The notes under the pieces are model-generated. The model worked only from the letters and a program-made list of their open reading frames with translations, had not been told where the DNA came from and searched no databases. The position numbers and the translations under genes were made by a program. Shown here piece by piece: positions 6,641 to 13,276 of a stretch of 32,000 nucleotides of DNA. Within the stretch, counting starts at the first letter, position 1. The number at the start of each line of letters is the position of its first letter. Where the stretch lies: contig JAJPGX010000001.1 of NCBI GenBank assembly GCA_021325595.1, positions 47,491 through 79,490 of the forward strand. Reading direction: 5' to 3'. Source of the DNA: Nitrososphaerota archaeon. Lineage in GTDB: Archaea; Thermoproteota; Nitrososphaeria; Nitrososphaerales; Nitrosopumilaceae.

Positions 6641-7711
6641 TTGAAAAGTATAGTATTTGGGTTAATTGGAATAATGGCAATTTCCTTATGTGATCAGGCG
6701 TGGGCAACCACCGATTTGGAAGCTCTTGGTAGCCCTGATGTTACAATCTCGCCTTCTTCTGGGCATCCTGGAACCAAAGTGACAATAACTATATCAAATT
6801 TACCTGATATCTCAAAAGAGAACTATCCATTTCCTGATCTGTACATCTATTTGCCATTTTCCCAACCATTCGGACAAAGTCTTCAAAGTCATTGTGGTGG
6901 GTTGGATTGTTTTCCAGTTTATACATATAATGATGCACTAAAACACAATTTGGTAAATCGAACTATTACATTTTCATTGCCAAGTACAAGTAATCCAAAA
7001 CCCGTGTTTCTTAATGGCATGGAAAATTCAGTGTGTGATATAATTTTAAACGGAAAAACAGTAGAGCGATTCTCAACACTTTGTAATTCAAAAGATGAAC
7101 CACAAGGTACCTATAAAATCAATCTTGCATGGACATTAGAAAGTGATCTGACTAAAACCTATGTGGTAAAAACAATGCAATTCACAGTAACGCAAGGCGT
7201 ACCAACTCAACCTATTCAAACAGCAGAGAATGGAGACTTGATAATCAAGGAATATCAAAATGGTACTATCAGTCAATCTGTATTTTATGCAAAACTCAGA
7301 TCACTTGGATGGAATGATGAACAAATAAGACAGGCGCTTGCAGTCATAGGAAAATTACCACATCAAATGGGAAGTTCTGGACCTGATATTACGCTACCTA
7401 CAACTGACAATTCCTCTGTGTATAATATTACAAAAATAAACCTGACAAATGATTCCAAAGTTATAACTCCAATTAATGATACGAATGTTGTATCTACGCC
7501 AATTAACGGAACAAACATGATAAAGGAATCTGTCATTGCATCACCAGTACATGATGATACCGTAGTTTCACAACCGCCTGCCATTTCTCTTGCCGAGCAA
7601 AATTATTCATGGAACAACATGGTAATCATTTTGTCCATGGTTGCAGCATCTGTTATGGTTGTCGCTATACTTTTTACAAAAAAGATAAGGAGAACTAGAA
7701 GAAATGCCTGA
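6641..7711 (+). CDS. secreted surface protein with IPT/TIG-like N-terminal domain, sequon-rich stalk and C-terminal TM anchor
   Basis: TTG start. Signal peptide ...MAISLCDQAWA/TT. VTISPSSGHPGTKVTITISNL is IPT/TIG-like. Six N-x-S/T sequons lie between 7409 and 7513. C-terminal TM followed by KKIRRTRRNA. Confidence 0.7.
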   Translation: MKSIVFGLIGIMAISLCDQAWATTDLEALGSPDVTISPSSGHPGTKVTITISNLPDISKENYPFPDLYIYLPFSQPFGQSLQSHCGGLDCFPVYTYNDALKHNLVNRTITFSLPSTSNPKPVFLNGMENSVCDIILNGKTVERFSTLCNSKDEPQGTYKINLAWTLESDLTKTYVVKTMQFTVTQGVPTQPIQTAENGDLIIKEYQNGTISQSVFYAKLRSLGWNDEQIRQALAVIGKLPHQMGSSGPDITLPTTDNSSVYNITKINLTNDSKVITPINDTNVVSTPINGTNMIKESVIASPVHDDTVVSQPPAISLAEQNYSWNNMVIILSMVAASVMVVAILFTKKIRRTRRNA

Positions 7712-8381
7712 TGAATCATGTAGAACCTGTGGAGGTGAGCTTGTTAGACACTCAAGATGCTCAGAATGTAGGAAAATAATACAAAAGGTTTGTACCGAGT
7801 GTAATCTGAAAACGCATAAAGAATTTCATCCTAAATGCCTACGTTTGGAAATGTATCAAACAAGTAGCAAGAAAACTCATGTGACTGCCCAAAGTGTCAT
7901 CTACAAAACACCTGAAATTAAAAAAACTAGAAAAAACATCTCAAATAGCACATTTTTACTTTCAGGCATAATCGTGATTTCTGTGGCAGGATTTATGTTT
8001 GGAAATTATTTGGTTCCAATGATATCTAATGGATCACCATCGGAAATTTCTAACAATGAAATGCAATCTATCGAGCCTACAAATCAAATACAATTCTCAA
8101 ATGTGATCCAAAATCAAGATTCTAGCATGACTACACATAGTTCTTTTAAAGCACAATATGCCAACTGCCTTGGAATATCAGATGGAAACAGTCTTACTAT
8201 CAACTGTCCTACGGATTATGGTATTGTGTACAAAGCAATAGTGAAAATACCTGATGATCTGATGTTGCAATTTGAAAGCAAAGTTTTCCATATGAGAAAT
8301 TTTTCAGTATTGGAAAATTCAAATGATCTTTTGATCGAATATCAAAAACAAACATACGTGACTACATTTATGACTGGATGA
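7704..8381 (+). CDS. single-pass membrane protein with N-terminal cytoplasmic multi-CxxC zinc ribbon
   Basis: CRTCGG..., CSEC, CTEC, ...H..FHPKC, then TM FLLSGIIVISVAGFMFGNYLVPMI and a ~120-aa external domain with two Cys. The start overlaps the upstream stop by 8 nt (ATGCCTGA). Confidence 0.65.
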   Translation: MPDESCRTCGGELVRHSRCSECRKIIQKVCTECNLKTHKEFHPKCLRLEMYQTSSKKTHVTAQSVIYKTPEIKKTRKNISNSTFLLSGIIVISVAGFMFGNYLVPMISNGSPSEISNNEMQSIEPTNQIQFSNVIQNQDSSMTTHSSFKAQYANCLGISDGNSLTINCPTDYGIVYKAIVKIPDDLMLQFESKVFHMRNFSVLENSNDLLIEYQKQTYVTTFMTG

Positions 8382-8739
8382 TTCAGTTCCAGAGTTTTAG
8401 CAACCGTTTACTTATGGCAGTCATAATTGTATCCGTTCGCACCAAAGGATTGCGAGCGTTTGGCGGAACACAATAGGGTGATATGATAGGACTTGGCATA
8501 TTCTTTTTGGCATTTATCTAAGGAGCATCTATAAATCTAGTAAGGTACCTTGCTCCTGCGTTAGTATCTGGTCATCTAAATGGTCTGTGGTTATATCTGA
8601 CCGTATCTTTCATAAGATCTGGTATTGTTGCATTAATTTACAGAATAAAAATTGTAAAAATTCCTATCTGGAAAACAATTCTTGTTAAATTATAAAATCA
8701 GAAGCATTAAAAAAGGATGATATGAGAAAATAAAAGAAC

Positions 8740-8895
8740 GTGGGTTTTAAGGAAATATACTGCTCTAACTGTAAAAAAACACTTGGTAGGTACAATGAAA
8801 ATTATTTTACAGAAACCCAACTAAATGAAATTATAATAAAAAACCATATCAAGTGTGTACGCGAAGGCCACGGGATATCTATTCTTAGACCGTAA
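8740..8895 (+). CDS. possible 51-aa CxxC...HxxC mini-protein (GTG start, not in ORF track)
   Basis: Hand translation gives (M)GFKEIYCSNCKKTLGRYNENYFTETQLNEIIIKNHIKCVREGHGISILRP followed by a stop. The in-frame stop at 8731 leaves GTG 8740 as the only start. Confidence 0.3.
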   Translation: MGFKEIYCSNCKKTLGRYNENYFTETQLNEIIIKNHIKCVREGHGISILRP

Positions 8896-9014
8896 TCCTA
8901 TCTCTAACATTCTATTTACCATGTTGATTTGTTATGTGCATAAAACATTGCTTCGTTTTGACTTGGATAATATTGTTCAATCAAACTTATAAGAAATAAG
9001 TTCTGCACCAAAAT

Positions 9015-10247
9015 ATGAAATTACTTTTTTCAATTCTTGTCTTTCTTGCAACCATTTTAATCCTTCCTGCTTTTGGGGATGCTACCGTAAACGAGGATGA
9101 TTTTGTAGTAGAAAAATATGTGACCGGAATATGCTGCAGCCCAACTACCATCGGGTTTGTAGGAAAAGATATTCTTGTTTTGGAAAAAGCCACAGGACAT
9201 ATACAACTAATCCGTAATGGTATCTTGCAACAAGGTGTCTTGCAACAAACCCCTGTGCTTGAGGAAAACGTCACAAGTATAGGTGAACAAGGTATGCTCA
9301 GTATTGCAACAGATGGCAACAAGGTGTATCTATATTTTACAGAATCTTCAAAGAATAATGGGCCGCCTCTTGGAAAACGCATTTACAGTTATGATTGGAA
9401 TGGTGAAAAACTTGTTAACAAGACTCTAGTCAAAGATTTACCACAAACCCAAATTTACCATAATGGTGGAGGTATGACTTTTGATAAAAATGGATATCTG
9501 TATATCATTGTTGGAGATGCAGGTCATTATGGCAAACTGCAAAATCACGTGACAGGTGAGCCTGATGATACCGGTGTGATTTTACAGCTGGTTCCACCAG
9601 GACCATATTATGCCATCGGAATAAGAAATAGCTTTGGACTAACCATGGATCCTGTCACAGGAAAAATATGGGATACTGAAAACGGTCCAGATTTCGGTGA
9701 TGAGATAAACATGGTTCCTCCTAAATTTAACAGTGGGTGGGATGTAATAATGGGTCCTGCAAATAATACCCAGATACAAAACCTGCCAAAATTTGAAGAC
9801 TATGTGTACCATGATCCGCAGTTTACTTGGTGGAAACCTGTTGCACCAACAGGTCTTGCATTTGCAGACTCTGATAATTATGGAAAATACAAAAATGATC
9901 TTTTTGTAGGTGACTGTAACAATGGTAACCTGTATAGATTTACACTAAATCAGAATCGAGATGGTTTTGTATTTCAGTCTCCTCAACTACAAGACAAAGT
10001 AGTAAATCAAGGCGATTCCATGAATGAAATAACATTTGGTACTGGTTTTGGGTGTATTACAGATGTAAAGATGGGACCTGATGGTTGGCTGTATGTTGTA
10101 TCACTTTCTGATGGAACAATATATAGAATAGCTTCAAAAGAATTTGCACTTGCTCATTATATGCCATATGTTATAATACCAGGTCTTATTGCAGTCGGTA
10201 TATCATTCATAGTTTACTTTAGATTTAAGAAAAAACTAGTTCATTAG
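9015..10247 (+). CDS. PQQ-dependent sugar (glucose/sorbosone) dehydrogenase-like beta-propeller, C-terminally membrane anchored
   Basis: Family motifs: GMLSIA, YHNGGGMTFDKNGYLYIIVGD, GIRNSFGLTMDPVTGKIWDTENGPDFGDEINMV, GLAF, GPDGWLYV. Has a signal peptide and a C-terminal TM followed by FRFKKK. A TTATAA box at 8987-8992 is about 25 nt upstream of the ATG. Confidence 0.8.
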   Translation: MKLLFSILVFLATILILPAFGDATVNEDDFVVEKYVTGICCSPTTIGFVGKDILVLEKATGHIQLIRNGILQQGVLQQTPVLEENVTSIGEQGMLSIATDGNKVYLYFTESSKNNGPPLGKRIYSYDWNGEKLVNKTLVKDLPQTQIYHNGGGMTFDKNGYLYIIVGDAGHYGKLQNHVTGEPDDTGVILQLVPPGPYYAIGIRNSFGLTMDPVTGKIWDTENGPDFGDEINMVPPKFNSGWDVIMGPANNTQIQNLPKFEDYVYHDPQFTWWKPVAPTGLAFADSDNYGKYKNDLFVGDCNNGNLYRFTLNQNRDGFVFQSPQLQDKVVNQGDSMNEITFGTGFGCITDVKMGPDGWLYVVSLSDGTIYRIASKEFALAHYMPYVIIPGLIAVGISFIVYFRFKKKLVH

Positions 10248-10284
10248 TTTCAAATAAAAATGAAAAGAGAATAAAAATTGGTTT

Positions 10285-10791
10285 TTATTCTTGAAAGTCA
10301 CTTGGTGTTGTACTTGGTGTTGTGCCACTTGGTGCAGGAGCTTGTTTTTGCCAGTTGCTAAAACCACCGTGGAATTTATGCATCCTCATTTCACCATGAC
10401 CCATTCCAAATTGGCCAAAACTTTGATGTCCTTGTGATGTGTATAAGACACTTCCATTTGATGGGTCCACTATTACAGAATAGACCATGTTTTTGTCATC
10501 GATTACTTGGAAGTTGTACACTACATATCCTTGCTTTACAGTCAAGAATCCGCCAATTACCTTGCCATTTGTTACTGCGCCTGCTGCAGTATCTGCCGCA
10601 GTAGAGAACTTTACTGTAACGCTGGACTGAATCATGTTTTGCAAGTTTATGGAACCTTGGATCTGTGGTTGAGTTGAGTTTGTTGTGTCGCTTGCTGCAT
10701 ATACTGCGGATAATCCAGTAGTAGCTAGTATTGCTACTCCAACTATTATCGCAAGCAGCTTTTTGTTAGCTTTCAGAGCTTGTAGGTTCAT
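10285..10791 (-). CDS. secreted PepSY-like protein with His/Met-rich tail
   Basis: I prefer ATG 10791 (MNLQALKANKKLLAIIVGVAILATTGLSAVYA/AS). The core GKVIGGFLTVKQGYVVYNFQVIDDKNMVYSVIVDPSNGSVLY is PepSY-like. The tail is GHQSFGQFGMGHGEMRMHKFHGGF. Confidence 0.6.
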   Translation of the reverse strand: MNLQALKANKKLLAIIVGVAILATTGLSAVYAASDTTNSTQPQIQGSINLQNMIQSSVTVKFSTAADTAAGAVTNGKVIGGFLTVKQGYVVYNFQVIDDKNMVYSVIVDPSNGSVLYTSQGHQSFGQFGMGHGEMRMHKFHGGFSNWQKQAPAPSGTTPSTTPSDFQE

Positions 10792-10943
10792 ACAACTAAT
10801 CCTGTATTTTATTAATAAAGACTTGTGGCACAATGTTCCTGAACTTTGTTAGTTAAATGTGAAATATCACAAGTTGGCCATTCTTGAGAGGTAATTGGGT
10901 ATGGACGTAGACATTGAGAAAATTCAAGTATAGGCGCTTGTTT

Positions 10944-11108
10944 ATGATAACAATTAGGTTAGAACCAACAGATATTGCAATTATGAAGCGATTTAACAAT
11001 ACTAGATGTAAAAAATGTGCAACTGAACTCAGAGAAGGAGATCTTATCACACGGGTGGGAAACCATCCTCCAAAATATTACCATAAAGACTGCTTTAGAC
11101 CGTATTGA
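10944..11108 (+). CDS. small CxxC...HxxC zinc-binding protein
   Basis: RCKKCATELREGDLITRVGNHPPKYYHKDCFRPY. The ORF opens with TTG at 10914 and the first ATG is at 10944. The overlapping antisense ORF looks like low-complexity junk. Confidence 0.45.
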   Translation: MITIRLEPTDIAIMKRFNNTRCKKCATELREGDLITRVGNHPPKYYHKDCFRPY

Positions 11109-11169
11109 GAAATTTCAGCAGTAACAATGTTACTATACTCTTAAGTTACCTCTCATAAAGGATATCATC

Positions 11170-11589
11170 ATGGTGCAGGGTGCAGGTATTCGAGAATTTA
11201 TTTTGCATGATATTGCACATTTTGGTATTCGTGCATCAGTTAGCATAATTTTTATTTTCCATGGTACATCAAAAATTAATCCAGGCTTTGGCGGTTTTCT
11301 AAATAGTGTTGGGGTTCCACTTGAAATGCAACTTCCTTTAGCTATTGCAGAAACGCTGGGTGGATCATTATTAATAATTGGCATACTATCAAGAATATCC
11401 TCATCAGTACTGTCAATGATAATGTTAAGTGTGATTTTTTATATCAAAAAAGCCCACAGTTTGTCAGGCCAGATGGGAGTTGAGCTTGAATTACTCCTTC
11501 TAGCGACAAATCTTTCCATCATCGTAATTGGTCCTGGCAGAATTTCTGTATCGCACATGGTAAAACAAATTCCGAGGTTCTTGCAATGA
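11170..11589 (+). CDS. DoxX-family membrane protein
   Basis: GIRASVSIIFIFHGTSKI ... LAIAETLGGSLLIIGILSR, with about four TM helices. Confidence 0.7.
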   Translation: MVQGAGIREFILHDIAHFGIRASVSIIFIFHGTSKINPGFGGFLNSVGVPLEMQLPLAIAETLGGSLLIIGILSRISSSVLSMIMLSVIFYIKKAHSLSGQMGVELELLLLATNLSIIVIGPGRISVSHMVKQIPRFLQ

Positions 11590-11642
11590 CCATACCAGAA
11601 ATAACACAAATCGGTACAACAGGAAAAATATCAAAATGAGTT

Positions 11643-11939
11643 ATGGTTCATGAATATAGGGATCGAATATACATGCGCAAGGATATTTTGCTCAAGTTGT
11701 ATGAACATGGGGAGCTAAACCAGAGTAAGCTTATGAGCTATTGCGGACTAAACAATGTAAAACATAAGGAAATACTAGACGAAATGGTGGAAAAAGGCAT
11801 ATTGAACAGGACTGAGTCTCCTTGGGGAAACAAAACAATTGTAAATTATAGTATATCGCCAAAAGGAAAAGACATACTAAAGGAAATTTTCGAACCATAT
11901 GAGGAATTATTTCCAAGGGGTGAAAAACAGAATGAGTAA
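11643..11939 (+). CDS. small winged-helix DNA-binding protein
   Basis: DILLKLYEHGELNQSKLMSYCGLNNVKHKEILDEMVEKGILNRTESPWGNKTIVNYSISPKG. An alternative ATG lies at 11673. Confidence 0.65.
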   Translation: MVHEYRDRIYMRKDILLKLYEHGELNQSKLMSYCGLNNVKHKEILDEMVEKGILNRTESPWGNKTIVNYSISPKGKDILKEIFEPYEELFPRGEKQNE

Positions 11940-11987
11940 CAAAGTTACCCAACTGTTTTTAGGTAAGGTAAAGGAGGAAACCTGATC

Positions 11988-12383
11988 ATGTCTGCAGATA
12001 AAGACAAAGATGAGCAACACGAAAATCTATTCAAAATAATGGATGGTGTAATCTCGCAGATAAACCGAACAAAAAAACTATTCATTATAATGATAATCAC
12101 TACTATGATTGTTTCTCCAATTGCACTGCTCATAAGCGCAGTATTGTTTACCCCGCCATTTGAGGACACAAATGAAACACCAAGCCAACATGATGGACGT
12201 ATCCACCACTTTTTCCCATTGCGGTTACTGCCTGCCATAGTCTCCGCTGTATGGTTAGGCATCGGAGTACGCCAATGGTTTGTACTTTCTAAATGGACAT
12301 CAAAATATGACAAGTATAAAAAAATGCAGAAAGAAATCGACAAAAAATTATCTGATGAAGATGAAAATGAATCAACGAAATAA
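11988..12383 (+). CDS. 2-TM membrane protein with acidic termini
   Basis: 131 aa. Two hydrophobic helices (LFIIMIITTMIVSPIALLISAVLF; LLPAIVSAVWLGIGV). The antisense ORF 11945-12343 was rejected. Confidence 0.55.
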   Translation: MSADKDKDEQHENLFKIMDGVISQINRTKKLFIIMIITTMIVSPIALLISAVLFTPPFEDTNETPSQHDGRIHHFFPLRLLPAIVSAVWLGIGVRQWFVLSKWTSKYDKYKKMQKEIDKKLSDEDENESTK

Positions 12384-12398
12384 CTTATCTGTAGACAT

Positions 12399-12420
12399 AA
12401 CCTTGTTACCTAACAAGGTT
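12399..12420. promoter_or_regulatory. perfect 22-bp palindrome (candidate operator or hairpin) abutting the TATA-like box of the ABC operon
   Basis: aaccttgtta-cc-taacaaggtt has 10-bp perfect arms. It is followed about 10 nt later by ttttattttaaa (12430-12441), then TTG 12452 and ATG 12470. Confidence 0.5.
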
Positions 12421-12469
12421 AGACAATCGTTTTATTTTAAACTCGATAACTTTGGATGTGTGGAACAAA

Positions 12470-13276
12470 ATGGATACTAGAGTAAGTAGAACAAGTGCTA
12501 GTGCTACAACATCTCATACTAGTCGTCTGCATTCAAATCGACCAGAAAATCTTACGATAGACCATTCCACACAATCTAGTAAACAAGAAAATGAAATTGC
12601 GCTTAAAACAGAAAATCTTTCCAAAGTCTTTGATTCTGCTGCAGGAAAAATAGTGGCACTAGACAATATTAATTTTGCAATCAAAAAAGGCGAGTTTGTA
12701 TCAATTGTTGGTCCATCTGGAAGCGGCAAATCTACTCTGTTAAACATGATTGGTGCACTTGATAGGCCAACATCTGGCAAAGTCTACATTGACGGTATAG
12801 ATATTTTTTCACTCAATGACTCACAACTTGGAATAATTCGAAACAACCGCATCGGATTCATATTTCAATCATTTAATCTCATTAACAGAACAACAGTTCA
12901 AAAAAATGTAAAACTTCCTGGAATAATTGCAAAGATGCAACGTGCTGATGCTGATTCTCGTACTATGAAGATTCTTGAGGCACTTGGTATTGCTGACAAA
13001 AAAGATCAAAAACCAGTGAATTTGAGTGGTGGTCAACAACAAAGAGTAGCAATAGCTCGTTCTTTGATAAATAATCCATCAATAATTTTAGCTGATGAAC
13101 CTACAGGAAACTTGGATACCAAAACAGGCGAAGATGTATTTGATATGCTCAAACTGTTATCACACAAATTCAAACGGACAATAATCATGGTTACACACAA
13201 TCCAGAACTTTCTGAATCTACAGACAGATCAATTGTGATACGAGATGGGAGAATAGATCAAGATGTCACTAACTAA
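12470..13276 (+). CDS. ABC transporter ATP-binding protein, MacB/LolD-type
   Basis: Walker A GPSGSGKST, Q-loop FIFQSF, signature LSGGQQQR, Walker B IILADEPT, H-loop VTHN. It carries a ~45-aa Ser/Thr/His-rich N-terminal extension. The ORF track opens at TTG 12452, but ATG 12470 fits the TATA spacing better. Confidence 0.9.
   Translation: MDTRVSRTSASATTSHTSRLHSNRPENLTIDHSTQSSKQENEIALKTENLSKVFDSAAGKIVALDNINFAIKKGEFVSIVGPSGSGKSTLLNMIGALDRPTSGKVYIDGIDIFSLNDSQLGIIRNNRIGFIFQSFNLINRTTVQKNVKLPGIIAKMQRADADSRTMKILEALGIADKKDQKPVNLSGGQQQRVAIARSLINNPSIILADEPTGNLDTKTGEDVFDMLKLLSHKFKRTIIMVTHNPELSESTDRSIVIRDGRIDQDVTN

Noticed and set aside
7240-7340. UBA-like three-helix segment (FYAKLRSLGWNDEQIRQALAVIG) inside the secreted protein 6641-7711
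   Set aside because: It is a short pattern match in a region predicted to be extracellular, where a UBA function makes no sense. It is probably just a small helical linker.
7363-7584. ORF 7363-7584(-)
   Set aside because: It is antisense to the sequon-rich stalk of the surface protein, so it is a shadow ORF.
8987-9382. ORF 8987-9382(-)
   Set aside because: It is antisense to the PQQ-type dehydrogenase, which has strong family motifs.
10853-11384. ORFs 10853-11050(-) and 11133-11384(-)
   Set aside because: They are antisense to the CxxC mini-protein and to DoxX respectively, and neither has a motif.
11731-12480. ORFs 11731-11952(-), 11945-12343(-) and 12280-12480(+)
   Set aside because: They overlap better-supported genes (wHTH, 2-TM protein, ABC ATPase) in other frames. 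ORF 12280-12480 would run through the palindrome and TATA region.
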